Below are positions 27,382-37,289 of a stretch of DNA of 64,000 bases, piece after piece. The number at the start of each line of letters is the position of its first letter. The stretch's first letter is position 1. The stretch covers positions 64,001 through 128,000 of the IMG/VR virus record IMGVR_UViG_3300012346_000380. One strand, 5' to 3'. The position numbers and the translations under genes were made by a program. The notes under the pieces are model-generated. The model saw only the letters and a list, made by a program, of their open reading frames with translations. It was not told the DNA's origin and did no database searches. This DNA is from a virus (lineage: Duplodnaviria > Heunggongvirae > Uroviricota > Caudoviricetes).

Positions 27382-27825
27382 TTAAATCTGCTTCATATCC
27401 ATACGCTGCTTTATTGCAAAGCCCATGTTATCAAGAGTTTTGATAGACGCTGTTAAAAATTCTTTGTGAGATACTAATAAATCTTGGACCTGTAAGTCTT
27501 CGGCCATATCAGCTTCTATGAATTTCTCGCGTTGTTTATCGTTTAATTTGTATTCGTATTGATAGTAACGAATCCATGCTTCTTTAAAGTTTTTGTCTAC
27601 TCTAGCTTTATTAGTTCTAATCTTAGACGAAACAGATGCAATGTTTTCAACCAATATTTGCCTATAACTTAAAGTATATGAAGCAACTTCATGTAAGTTT
27701 TCTCCATGTTTTAAATCTTCAGCTAAATCTTTGATTTTGTTAGTCCATGATAGTCGTTGTGTGCCGAATAATTCGTCTAATTGTACAACTTTATTAACTA
27801 CCTTTGATATTGGTGTATCTTGCAT
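27382..27825 (-). CDS. uvsY: Recombination mediator UvsY-like
   Basis: FIEADM...FLTASIKTLDNMGFAIK C-terminal pattern; adjacent to uvsW as in T4-like phages. Confidence 0.65.
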   Translation of the reverse strand: MQDTPISKVVNKVVQLDELFGTQRLSWTNKIKDLAEDLKHGENLHEVASYTLSYRQILVENIASVSSKIRTNKARVDKNFKEAWIRYYQYEYKLNDKQREKFIEADMAEDLQVQDLLVSHKEFLTASIKTLDNMGFAIKQRMDMKQI

Positions 27826-27835
27826 GTGTTACTTT

Positions 27836-28057
27836 TTAAAATAGTGAGCGCTTGTTCTTGTCTTCTTTAATATAAATAGAAGATTTTACCTTTTGTTTAA
27901 ACTTTGGTTTAATTTCAAATCCCAAAGCGTTACCATCATATTGCGTGCTCGTAGAAGTAAAATCGACAAGAGATTTTAAACCCTTTCTTTTTTCTTTTTC
28001 GTTTTGAAAATCTTCTAGTTCTTCGTCAACCATTTGTAATAATCTTTCTAAAATCAT
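27836..28057 (-). CDS. Hypothetical protein (73 aa)
   Basis: Start overlaps the primase stop by 4 nt. Confidence 0.6.
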   Translation of the reverse strand: MILERLLQMVDEELEDFQNEKEKRKGLKSLVDFTSTSTQYDGNALGFEIKPKFKQKVKSSIYIKEDKNKRSLF

Positions 28058-29130
28058 AGGTAATATGCGTCTAATTGTGAATCACTGAAATAAGTTTCTA
28101 ATTCTTTTAGACATTTGCTCTTTGTTTGAAAAGCAACTAATACCAAGTCATTTAAGTCTTTTATTTGTTTAGAATATGTATCTAGCTTATTTTCGGTTAG
28201 AAATTTATTCCAAGTAAATACGCCTTTGCCTTTTTTAAGCTTTTGCATCATCTTCTTTTTACCAGTTTCATCATTATCAAACATATATCTGATGGTTGGT
28301 ATTTCATCTAATTCTTCAGTGTCTCTGTGAGCTGAAGCTAATGCTAATGAATTATGCATGAATAATCTGTCTAATGGTCCTTCGAAGATCGTAACAGGAA
28401 TCATCATATTAACTTGCATAATACCAAACAATGTTGACATTTTGTTAATAGGAACTAATTCTTCTTCTGTTAATTCTAAAGGAGTGCCTAGCCATTCTTT
28501 AAGCTTGCCTAAGTCGTATGTTAAATATCTACTATTTGTAGATTTGACCAAAGTTCTAGATTGCATACCTATAACCTTTTCTTCTGGTCCTATATTTAAA
28601 ATGTAAAGCCTTTTATCTTTAGGCGAATACATGAAATGTTCTAATTTATTTGATAATAATCTCTTTCTTAGATAAAAGAAAGCTGGATCACCTGGCTCTA
28701 TATCGACAAATCCTAATTTTTGTCTAAGCTCTTGTTTGGTTGGTGCTATTTCTAAAACTTTAGCAAAGATACCGTGTTGTAAAACTTCTACATCACGAGT
28801 TTCTAATTTATGTTCTTTAACATAATCGATGATTTCAATGGTCTCATCTGTATTTAATCTAATGCCGTGATCTTTTAAAAGACCATATACGTCGGTGTGA
28901 TGTGAACAATTGAAACAGTGATATTGAAGCGTAGCCCAATAAAGATTGCCACGCTTCTTATTATCATCTGTTGTTGAATCGCCACAATAAGGGCATGCCA
29001 TAGTTATTCGCCCTGGCATGTCTTTTAGAGTGTGTTTATTTGGTTGAGCATGTTCTTTGGTAATAACTTGCTTAACTAATAATTTAATTCTACCTTTAAG
29101 TTGTTCTGATATTTTAGATGTCAAGGTCAT
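28054..29130 (-). CDS. gp61: DNA primase (gp61-like)
   Basis: Zn ribbon CPYCGDS...YHCFNC; TOPRIM FEGPLD, MFDND; IKDLND. Confidence 0.9.
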   Translation of the reverse strand: MTLTSKISEQLKGRIKLLVKQVITKEHAQPNKHTLKDMPGRITMACPYCGDSTTDDNKKRGNLYWATLQYHCFNCSHHTDVYGLLKDHGIRLNTDETIEIIDYVKEHKLETRDVEVLQHGIFAKVLEIAPTKQELRQKLGFVDIEPGDPAFFYLRKRLLSNKLEHFMYSPKDKRLYILNIGPEEKVIGMQSRTLVKSTNSRYLTYDLGKLKEWLGTPLELTEEELVPINKMSTLFGIMQVNMMIPVTIFEGPLDRLFMHNSLALASAHRDTEELDEIPTIRYMFDNDETGKKKMMQKLKKGKGVFTWNKFLTENKLDTYSKQIKDLNDLVLVAFQTKSKCLKELETYFSDSQLDAYYL

Positions 29131-30049
29131 TCAAGAATGCATCTAAATCGTCTGAAGAATCAACACTTGAAGTTGTAGCGCTTGCTGCTGGTGCAGATGT
29201 AGTATCGAAATCGAAATCATCTGAACTTTCTTGTGCTTTTGCAGCTGCTGTAGCTTTAGTTGTTGCTTTCTTAGTATTAACGATCTCGTCCATTGCTGAA
29301 CCTGGATTTAAATACTGACGTAAGATTGAATTAACAAAATCTCTTGCTTCATCGTCCCATGGTTTGTACTCATAAGGCTCTAATGATGGAGCTTTGTCTA
29401 ATTCTGCCTTGATAGCTGACATAACCTCTTTAGTTTTTTCAGCTGTTTTACCATCAATGTTGATTGCGCTTTTAGAAGCTGAAAATTTAGATTTGTCATA
29501 GTTATTATAGTCACCTTGACGAGTAATAATCAATTCAAAGTTTTTACCTTCGAATAAATCGAATACTTGTGTTGGTTCACCGAATGCTGGTTTTAATTCT
29601 TCATCAATTTTCTCTTTGATTTTATAACCAAATTTGAAGATTTTGTAAGTACCATCATTTTCTGGGAACTGAGGATCTTTGATTACTTTAATAAGAGCGT
29701 AGTATTGTTCACGTCTTTTTAATTTCTCACTCATTTTACGATCTACTGCTGAATCAGACTTACGTAGTTTGAAAAATGCATCAGCAATAGGACACTTTTC
29801 ACCAATAGAAGTTGGAGAGTCAACTAGTTTACCTTCGCCTGAAGCGTCAGTCAACCAATGTACATACTTTTTAACTAATGAATTACGTGGATTTGCTGGG
29901 TTTGGAACAAAACGAATAAGTGCTTTGTAAGTTCCGTCTTTGCCTTGATCGGCTGTTGGTTTGTAAACATCATTTGTAGATGATGCTGTTGCGGTTTCGT
30001 GAGTGTCAACATCGGTTACACTCAGATTGAAAATGTCAAATTCTGCCAT
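29114..30049 (-). CDS. gp32: Single-stranded DNA-binding protein (gp32-like)
   Basis: YKPTAD..KDG..ALIRFVP, CPIAD, FDLFEGKNF, NYDKSKF, acidic tail DDLDAFLNDLDI. Confidence 0.9.
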   Translation of the reverse strand: MAEFDIFNLSVTDVDTHETATASSTNDVYKPTADQGKDGTYKALIRFVPNPANPRNSLVKKYVHWLTDASGEGKLVDSPTSIGEKCPIADAFFKLRKSDSAVDRKMSEKLKRREQYYALIKVIKDPQFPENDGTYKIFKFGYKIKEKIDEELKPAFGEPTQVFDLFEGKNFELIITRQGDYNNYDKSKFSASKSAINIDGKTAEKTKEVMSAIKAELDKAPSLEPYEYKPWDDEARDFVNSILRQYLNPGSAMDEIVNTKKATTKATAAAKAQESSDDFDFDTTSAPAASATTSSVDSSDDLDAFLNDLDI

Positions 30050-30113
30050 GTCTTTAATACTTTAATTACGTTTAAATTGTTTAGTTTGCCTCTTCGTGAG
30101 GCTGTTTATACCT

Positions 30114-30142
30114 TTTATATATGATAAAAAATTACTGTTTCA
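30114..30142 (-). promoter_or_regulatory. Putative early/middle promoter TGAAAC-N17-TATAAA upstream of gp32
   Basis: Recurrent motif with exact spacing. Confidence 0.65.
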
Positions 30143-30344
30143 AAACCTTCATGGTCAACACTGCACCATTTTCATCTTTGAATACACCGGTTTCTATTTT
30201 AGTTAAACCTGATTTAGTTAAGAGATTATCCATTTCTTCTTGAGAAATTTTATCCATTAACACCATCTTATTTAAGACGTTGTGTAAATCAAAATGATCT
30301 GTAGTTGTCATTTCTTGTGCTTGAATGTAGTTATTAAGAATCAT
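30132..30344 (-). CDS. Hypothetical protein (70 aa)
   Basis: ORF preceded by its own promoter-like motif. Confidence 0.55.
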   Translation of the reverse strand: MILNNYIQAQEMTTTDHFDLHNVLNKMVLMDKISQEEMDNLLTKSGLTKIETGVFKDENGAVLTMKVLKQ

Positions 30345-30349
30345 ATTAT

Positions 30350-30378
30350 CTTATATATCTCAACCTTATTTTGTTTCT
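30350..30378 (-). promoter_or_regulatory. Putative early/middle promoter AGAAAC-N17-TATAAG
   Basis: Recurrent motif with exact spacing. Confidence 0.6.
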
Positions 30379-30491
30379 TTTTAATTTATTTTAAATTATT
30401 TTTACTTTTTTTGAAACAAACCGGGGCCAAACCTATATAAGTTAAGTTCTTTAGCGTCGGTGAAAGGTTATTATGGGAAGGGTTTAAAACT

Positions 30492-31139
30492 TTAAAGGGC
30501 CCTAAGGTATGACGCTAAAAAATAAGCATCAATAAGGTCATCAAAGGGCTTTGGAACTTTGGCCCCAATTTTAAGGTTGTTGGCAAAGCCCCACACAGAA
30601 TTTTCATTTAATAAAGAATCGTTAAGTTGGTTTTCAACAAACACATCCCACAATTCCCTTTTCTTGAGTCTACCGTTGCCTGCATGTTTCTTAATTGTAG
30701 TAGGAGCAACTGTCACAATGTTAACTTTATAATCTCTATAATACAAAAGAAGAGAATATTTAAAGATAGCTGCAGCAGCTGCTAAATCAATTAGATTGTT
30801 TGTACCACCTCCGCCTGAACCATAAGAAACTCCTTCAAAACCAAAAACAATAGGTTCATTAAGATCTATATGGGGTTGAATCATTTCAATCATATCTTTA
30901 GCCATTGTTATAAAACGATGAAGCTTAGATATTTCTTTTTCAGAGAAGTCTTTTGAAGTTGTAAAAGTTGGTTGTATTTTAAAAGAGATGTCCTTACATA
31001 AAGCAAGTTCTTCATTCATTTTAGTTTCAGCTTTGGTTCCAATTCCATCTTTAATATAAGATATAAAGTGAACTGAATCCTTTTTTGAAATTACAATACC
31101 GGGTGAATTAAGTGAGAAGTCAATAGCGACTATGTTCAT
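30492..31139 (-). CDS. RuvC-like Holliday junction resolvase
   Basis: Start re-assigned to MNIVAIDFSLNSPG; FEGVSYGS, PTTIKK, DDLIDAYFL. Confidence 0.8.
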   Translation of the reverse strand: MNIVAIDFSLNSPGIVISKKDSVHFISYIKDGIGTKAETKMNEELALCKDISFKIQPTFTTSKDFSEKEISKLHRFITMAKDMIEMIQPHIDLNEPIVFGFEGVSYGSGGGGTNNLIDLAAAAAIFKYSLLLYYRDYKVNIVTVAPTTIKKHAGNGRLKKRELWDVFVENQLNDSLLNENSVWGFANNLKIGAKVPKPFDDLIDAYFLASYLRAL

Positions 31140-31149
31140 ATTAAATGAA

Positions 31150-31518
31150 TTAGAATCTAGTACCAAGAGCAGAACCTACTGCAGCTCCAACTAATCTAGA
31201 AGTTAGTAAATCGTATAAAATACCAGATTGTACACCTAAAGCTTTAGCAACTATTTTACCAACTGAAGTTCCTAATGCAAAACCAGTTAAACCACCTAAA
31301 ATAGATCCTAAGAAACCTTCATTGGTAACGTCTTCATTAAATCTTGCGATTTCAACGATACCGTCTTCATTAGTATATTGAGCCATAAATTCGTCAATAG
31401 CTCTATCTATTTTTTCTTCTAATTCTGGTGTAAGTTCAGAAGTTAAAGATTCTTGTAATAAAGTCCATTCTGAACCAGTTACTTTTTGCTCTTCTAAGTG
31501 TTGTACAAATGTTTTCAT
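31150..31518 (-). CDS. Putative virion protein with targeting-like N-terminus and C-terminal glycine zipper
   Basis: MKTFVQHLEE; VTNE|GFLGSILGGLTGFALG...GAAVGSALG. Confidence 0.6.
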   Translation of the reverse strand: MKTFVQHLEEQKVTGSEWTLLQESLTSELTPELEEKIDRAIDEFMAQYTNEDGIVEIARFNEDVTNEGFLGSILGGLTGFALGTSVGKIVAKALGVQSGILYDLLTSRLVGAAVGSALGTRF

Positions 31519-31528
31519 ATCCTATATA

Positions 31529-32080
31529 TTAATCTATTTCTAGTTCGATATTAAATTTATTATATGTGAATGATAATTCGAAAGTATCAAACTCAGCAAT
31601 ATTAGAACTCATATTTAGATCAATCTCTGAAATTTGGTGTAATATTGGTTTTTCAAACACTGCAGAAACTAGATGAATTCCTTCTGCATCCATAATTTGT
31701 AATTTTAAATCAGATGTATAAGGTTCTTTAACAGCCTTTGAATAATAATACAAAAGAGTATCTTGCATGATCCAATAATTGATATAACCATCTAACATTT
31801 GCATCTTAATAGTAAATGTTCTATCAATTACATTTTGAATAGGTATTGCACCTCTAAAATATCTAGTAGTACCATCATTATTATTTTGACTAATAGGATC
31901 AAAACTTAAACCAGGTAAATTGATACCTTGAATAGAATAATTAACAAAGTCAATAGGCTCAGTTATTAAATTGCCAGGAATTCTGTTCAAATATTTTTTA
32001 TATTTGTCAGCAACTTCCTTAGGAATAAAAGTCCTAGGTAACTTAAAGTTAAATAAATTGTTTCTACTATTTAAAATCAT
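31529..32080 (-). CDS. Tail-tube-fold protein (gp3 tail terminator / gp19-gp54 family)
   Basis: IQGINLPGLSF, DGYINYW, FELSFTY. Confidence 0.6.
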   Translation of the reverse strand: MILNSRNNLFNFKLPRTFIPKEVADKYKKYLNRIPGNLITEPIDFVNYSIQGINLPGLSFDPISQNNNDGTTRYFRGAIPIQNVIDRTFTIKMQMLDGYINYWIMQDTLLYYYSKAVKEPYTSDLKLQIMDAEGIHLVSAVFEKPILHQISEIDLNMSSNIAEFDTFELSFTYNKFNIELEID

Positions 32081-34125
32081 TATATGATATTTACGTTTCC
32101 ATGATACAACATAGATGATGTTGAACCATTTTTAATATTTATGTAAAATGTATCGCCTGCTATATTAGCATCTGGTTGATCAAATCTTGTTGCAACTGAT
32201 TTATCAATTTTAAATAAAACTTCACCTTTACCCATATCTACATTTGGGAATGTAGGATCTGCATATATGATTTGTTCAATGTTTCCGCTTTTTAAGATCA
32301 ATTCTATTTGTTCAGCATTTACTAATGAAACTTCTTTTAAAGTATCAGCTTCTAATTGTGCAATTCTAAACTTAATAAAATTATCTGAAACTTTAGAAAG
32401 AGTTATAGAACCCTGACCCATTCCGTAATATGTCATATTATTTAAAGCAGTTACATTTGCTCCATCTAATTGTACGTTTGTACTTGATACATTAATATTA
32501 GTTGTATTTACTGCAACAGGTACATATTTAGTTTCACCAACTGAAGGTCTAATAGAATTAACAAAATTATTAATAGAAGAACTCGCAGCCGTGCTAGCAA
32601 TTTTATTGTAAACTTTAGTAGTTGCTAAAACATTATTCAATTGAATCATTCTCTTAGCGTACTTACTAGGTTTCTTATAAATTAAAGAAGCTTGCTTTAC
32701 TATTTGAGTATTATCTGTTTCGTTGTAAATTCTTAATGTATAATTAATTAAAAAAGAATTTGCTATATTAGCAGATTGTATAATAGGTCTAAATAAAATA
32801 GGCTTGTCTAAATTATCAACTTGGGCATAAGTTACGTTTGAAGTTTGATTAAATGTATTTCCAGATTGTTCTAAAACTTCTATATCATGAAATACTGTAA
32901 TGTCATCTCCTGAAGTTTGATGTCTTAGATTTACATATCTAGCAAAATTATCAATAGATCCATCTTTTAATCCATAGATTTTAAAGTAATCTCCGTCCGA
33001 TGCTTCTTCAATAACAGCTGAAATATCTTGATATTCATCTTCTTGAGCTAATGTAACTAATAGAACTTCAGCAGCATCTACATATTTTACATTATTAACT
33101 TCATAAACGCTATCGATTAATTTAAAAACTATTTCATAATTAGAAGTAGGATTTAAAGCATCTTGTGTACCTTGAGTTCCAAAGAATGCTTCTTCAAAAT
33201 CTAAGTTTAATGTATTATCATACATGTCAACTAATGAAGGTACTTTAACTTCAATGAATTTAGAAAATGCAACTCCTCCTAAAACAAAAGGTGTTGGATT
33301 TTGAAGTTCGTAGTTTGAATAATTTAAATATGCTAAAGAAGTAAAGTAGTTGTAAACACCTGAATTTCTTTTAGCTTTTACTTGAAATAAGAAACCTTCA
33401 TATCCTCTATTAGAGAATGAAAATCCAGTTCTTAAGTGCAATCTTATAGTATCGTAATTAACTAAATTACTTGCAATAATTTCATTAGAAATAGATGTAC
33501 TACCATTCCAATTTTGAGTAGCTAAGTAACCTAATGTATTGTCTAATAATGCAAATTTAGTTCCATCAGTATTGTATTCTACTGCGTAATATCTACCAAC
33601 TTCACCAGTTCCGGTCTTAATTGTATTTCCAGTTTCTTGATCTGGCGTTGCAAATAAAGGATTCGCTTTATCACTTACTATAATTGAACCACCGTTATAC
33701 GCGATACCGTTATCGTTATATGAATATGAATAAGTTCCATTTGTATTAGGAACATAAATAGCTTTAGAACCAATTATAGTAAAACTACCACCTGCATTAA
33801 TAGAAAAATTAGAGGGTGTTGCCAAGTTAGATAAATCAAACTCGTATGTTTTACCGTTTTGTAATTGTAATTCTCTTCTAGAAAAATTGTTTACAGCAAT
33901 GTAAATACCTGAAACATCTACAGTAAAATTTACAACATCTCCACCTAATTCGTGAATTAGGTATCTTGACGCTGTATTATCTCCGTCAACCGTATTTAAA
34001 AATTTAATATGGCTTCCATTATTATCAGTTTCAATAGTAGACAAAGCAGGATTAGACTGATCGTGGTAAATGAATTCCAGCAATACGTCTTTATCTAATC
34101 TTAAAAATTTTGATGATCTAGCCAT
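32080..34125 (-). CDS. Putative virion structural protein (681 aa)
   Basis: Beta-rich, inside the tail module, 1-nt overlap with the downstream gene. Confidence 0.55.
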   Translation of the reverse strand: MARSSKFLRLDKDVLLEFIYHDQSNPALSTIETDNNGSHIKFLNTVDGDNTASRYLIHELGGDVVNFTVDVSGIYIAVNNFSRRELQLQNGKTYEFDLSNLATPSNFSINAGGSFTIIGSKAIYVPNTNGTYSYSYNDNGIAYNGGSIIVSDKANPLFATPDQETGNTIKTGTGEVGRYYAVEYNTDGTKFALLDNTLGYLATQNWNGSTSISNEIIASNLVNYDTIRLHLRTGFSFSNRGYEGFLFQVKAKRNSGVYNYFTSLAYLNYSNYELQNPTPFVLGGVAFSKFIEVKVPSLVDMYDNTLNLDFEEAFFGTQGTQDALNPTSNYEIVFKLIDSVYEVNNVKYVDAAEVLLVTLAQEDEYQDISAVIEEASDGDYFKIYGLKDGSIDNFARYVNLRHQTSGDDITVFHDIEVLEQSGNTFNQTSNVTYAQVDNLDKPILFRPIIQSANIANSFLINYTLRIYNETDNTQIVKQASLIYKKPSKYAKRMIQLNNVLATTKVYNKIASTAASSSINNFVNSIRPSVGETKYVPVAVNTTNINVSSTNVQLDGANVTALNNMTYYGMGQGSITLSKVSDNFIKFRIAQLEADTLKEVSLVNAEQIELILKSGNIEQIIYADPTFPNVDMGKGEVLFKIDKSVATRFDQPDANIAGDTFYINIKNGSTSSMLYHGNVNII

Positions 34126-34137
34126 TTATATTATTTA

Positions 34138-34968
34138 TTATTTTCCGAATTGTAACCATTTAGGTGTCCATAGTAAAGATGCGCCAATCCATGGTGATAA
34201 ACTTAAAGTTGATCCGTTTACTAAAGAAACGCCATAACCAACTCCAACTCCCATAACCCAACGATCTCTCTTTTTAGGAGCTTCATTCAGTTTATTATTT
34301 ATCAAATTTATATTTTCAATATCTAAGACATTCAAACCAGGATATGAAGATGCCATTTTAACTTCTTTATATCCTTTAGATTCGTCTATAGATGCATATA
34401 ACTTTATGTTTTGTTTAATATCAAATTGAGTTTGTGTACTATCTAATAAGAATTTTTTATCAAAATATAAAACTTTAGCTTTACCTGTAAATGTTCTAGA
34501 ATTACCCATTCCAAAATCATCAAACTTAGTAAAATTAATAAATGCAGATGAATCGTTAAGTTGAGCTACTGTACCTTCTGGTTTAATAGTAGATAAAATC
34601 TCTATCTGCGATTTTAGTAAAACATTTTGTTTACTTAAATTTTTACCCAAATTTAAAGCATCTACGTATTCAGATTTAAGATCTTTGTAGTTTTTTTCAA
34701 ATTCTTCTTGAGTAAAAACAAAAGCTCTTTTTTCTGCTATTAATCCACCGTTTTCAGCTCTATAATATTTGATAGTATCTTGTGCAGCTACATAATTATT
34801 ATGAGCTCTTTCAGCTTCAATTTTAACTTGATTTAATTCTGTTTTTAGATTTGTTTTATCATTACATTGTTTTAAAAATAACAAGACAAATAAAGCTCCT
34901 AAAATAAAAATAATAGTATTCTTATTTAAGCCTTTTAAAAAATTATAGATTGAATTAATAAATTTCAT
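34138..34968 (-). CDS. Membrane-anchored coiled-coil protein with C-terminal beta-hairpin (spanin candidate)
   Basis: TM IIFILGALFVLLFL followed by KQC; coiled coil; WVMGVGVGYG...PWIGASLLW. Confidence 0.45.
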   Translation of the reverse strand: MKFINSIYNFLKGLNKNTIIFILGALFVLLFLKQCNDKTNLKTELNQVKIEAERAHNNYVAAQDTIKYYRAENGGLIAEKRAFVFTQEEFEKNYKDLKSEYVDALNLGKNLSKQNVLLKSQIEILSTIKPEGTVAQLNDSSAFINFTKFDDFGMGNSRTFTGKAKVLYFDKKFLLDSTQTQFDIKQNIKLYASIDESKGYKEVKMASSYPGLNVLDIENINLINNKLNEAPKKRDRWVMGVGVGYGVSLVNGSTLSLSPWIGASLLWTPKWLQFGK

Positions 34969-34979
34969 TTTAATTAATT

Positions 34980-37253
34980 TTATTGAAGTTGAATTCTAGT
35001 GTCCCAACTTCCACATGTATTACACACTGGTCCAATTGCATTTAATGTAAATGAATAAGTTCCAGTGCTTGATATAGTTATAAACTGTTCATCAGCTGGT
35101 TGTTGATTTGATTTATATGCTGAATAAGATCCAACATTTTGTATATCTAAAGAACTATCACAGAAACAATTAATAGATGAATATCCTCCAAGCGTAGAAT
35201 ATTTTATAACAGCTGGAGCAACATTTACTGTAATATAACCGGTAGCAACAGTTGGTGTAGAGCAATTTACCACGGTATTTCCTGAAATTGTATTTCCAAG
35301 AAGAGTCATCGTAATTGGTGTAGTAGCATAAAAAGATTTACCAACGCCGTTTGTTCCAGGCTCATTTATTTTTGCAGTTACTCTATAATATACTGTACCT
35401 GTTCCAGCTTCAGACGTTGTTAAATTAGCTGAAGTAGCTCCAGAAATATCAGACCATGAAATGTTATCTGTACTAATCTGCCATTGATATGCGTATGTCG
35501 GTGAGCCTTTCCATGTTGGTGCACTAACGCTTGAATTTAAAGTAAAGTTAGTATTTATTAATGAAGTACCTGTCGTACCACCACCTGAATGTGTATTACT
35601 AACTACTAATATTGCCATTGCATCGTCTCCCTCTTGGAATCCTGTACCATTATCAAATACTTTACCATCTGAAGATTTAACAAATCTTAAATAGCTATTT
35701 TTAATCCAAGTACCTTGAGCGGCAAACGAATTTAAATTTGTATCTGTATATAATTTAACATCTTCACCTGCAGTTCCAGTCCAATATTGTAAAGTTGGAT
35801 TTTTCCACGCATCATCTAATGTCGATTGTGTCCAAGTTCCAGAATTATAAACAGAATTCCATGCAGAATAAGATGGATTATTACCAGGTACAACTAATGT
35901 ACCTACCGCAGTTCCACCAGAACTAGAAGATCCTAAATTAGAAGGAATAAGTGATTGTGTCGGTGTTATAACATTATTATCTGCATATTTAAACGTTACG
36001 TTATTAAATACTAAATCAGAATTACTACCTGCAATTGTTCCATTATCTTGCCAATATAGATCATCTTCACCTAAAAACACAACATATATGAATCTTTGCA
36101 TTTCAAGTTGAGTTCCGCCTGAACTTGGATTGTATATAGAAACTGATGATGTATCAAACGAAGATATAATACTGTACTGACTACCTGCAAAGGTAGCAAT
36201 CATTGTCATATCGCTTCCACCAACAATAGTTTGTACATTGTCTGTTTTATCAGCAACACCTTGACCAGCACCTGAAGGATTAGCATCAATATGGTATGTA
36301 AAAGAAGATAAATCTGGAACAGTATATGTGTTAGCTGTGTTAGGTTTGATCCAATTTTCTCCGTGACACAAGTACCAACCTCTGTAATTGTTTTTACCTC
36401 TACCAAAATAAACTTCTAATGGCGAAGTAGAATTAGGTAAATTAAATCCTTTTTCAAAGTTATTAGAATCATTAAAAACAGAAGACAAAATAGGAACTAT
36501 AGTTCCAACCGGAACACCAGCTTGTATCTCTGTAATAGATTTCCATGCAACTGTACCCTGATTATCTGTTGATGTTAAAAGTTTATCAACTGCTGGAGAA
36601 CCAACGTTGATTTTTAAATTAGCACCTTTAAATTCAGAATTACCTTCAAATAGAGAAGGTACTTTAACGTTAAATTGCGTTGCGCTTAAATTAGCAAATT
36701 CAGTAGTTGCATTTTTGTAGATGAATTTATCTGCAACGTATCTTATAGTACCACCACCCGAAAAGAATCCTTCTGCATATTTAACAACACCTGCGCTTTT
36801 AAATAATCTAAAAGAAACTTTTGTAGAACCACTGCTATCATCAGTCAATTGAAAGTTATCATTGAAAACACTAGATTTTCTATGAATCCATAAAGTAGCA
36901 TCTGTTAAAACATCATTATATCTAGGATCAGCTTTATCAATACCAATTATAATAGAAGGCGGATTTGTATATGTTGAATCGTCGTGAATAGGTACAAGCG
37001 TTACGTTATTTGTACCTACATTTATTTTCCATGAAGTATCACCATCATTACCAGAAGGTCCTTGTGCACCTTGAGGTCCTTGTGCACCTTGAGGTCCTTG
37101 ATCGCCTGTTAAACCAGTAAAACCTTGAGCACCCATTGCACCTTGAGCACCCATTGGGCCTGCTCCGTTTGCAATAATCTGATCGAAGTTATAATTAACC
37201 TTATCTAACTTTTCGTTATCTGTGTCAATTACGAATATTTGTTTTAAATTCAT
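34980..37253 (-). CDS. Tail fibre/baseplate protein with collagen-like repeats and tail-collar domain
   Basis: (G-X-Y)n near the N-terminus; PVGTIVP...GWYLCHG...VPDL collar motif. Confidence 0.75.
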   Translation of the reverse strand: MNLKQIFVIDTDNEKLDKVNYNFDQIIANGAGPMGAQGAMGAQGFTGLTGDQGPQGAQGPQGAQGPSGNDGDTSWKINVGTNNVTLVPIHDDSTYTNPPSIIIGIDKADPRYNDVLTDATLWIHRKSSVFNDNFQLTDDSSGSTKVSFRLFKSAGVVKYAEGFFSGGGTIRYVADKFIYKNATTEFANLSATQFNVKVPSLFEGNSEFKGANLKINVGSPAVDKLLTSTDNQGTVAWKSITEIQAGVPVGTIVPILSSVFNDSNNFEKGFNLPNSTSPLEVYFGRGKNNYRGWYLCHGENWIKPNTANTYTVPDLSSFTYHIDANPSGAGQGVADKTDNVQTIVGGSDMTMIATFAGSQYSIISSFDTSSVSIYNPSSGGTQLEMQRFIYVVFLGEDDLYWQDNGTIAGSNSDLVFNNVTFKYADNNVITPTQSLIPSNLGSSSSGGTAVGTLVVPGNNPSYSAWNSVYNSGTWTQSTLDDAWKNPTLQYWTGTAGEDVKLYTDTNLNSFAAQGTWIKNSYLRFVKSSDGKVFDNGTGFQEGDDAMAILVVSNTHSGGGTTGTSLINTNFTLNSSVSAPTWKGSPTYAYQWQISTDNISWSDISGATSANLTTSEAGTGTVYYRVTAKINEPGTNGVGKSFYATTPITMTLLGNTISGNTVVNCSTPTVATGYITVNVAPAVIKYSTLGGYSSINCFCDSSLDIQNVGSYSAYKSNQQPADEQFITISSTGTYSFTLNAIGPVCNTCGSWDTRIQLQ
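37057..37100. repeat. 18-bp tandem repeat encoding collagen GPQGAQ units
   Basis: GGTCCTTGTGCACCTTGA x2 plus a partial copy. Confidence 0.8.
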
Positions 37254-37289
37254 TATATTACTGGTCTTTTTATTATCTATTTATCTGTT

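Noticed and set aside
9218-31166. Longest-ORF starts given in the track for 9218..10399, 13541..13876, 13813..14937, 15217..15639, 16502..17053 and 30492..31166
   Set aside because: The extensions overlap upstream genes or promoters; downstream Met codons match domain starts.
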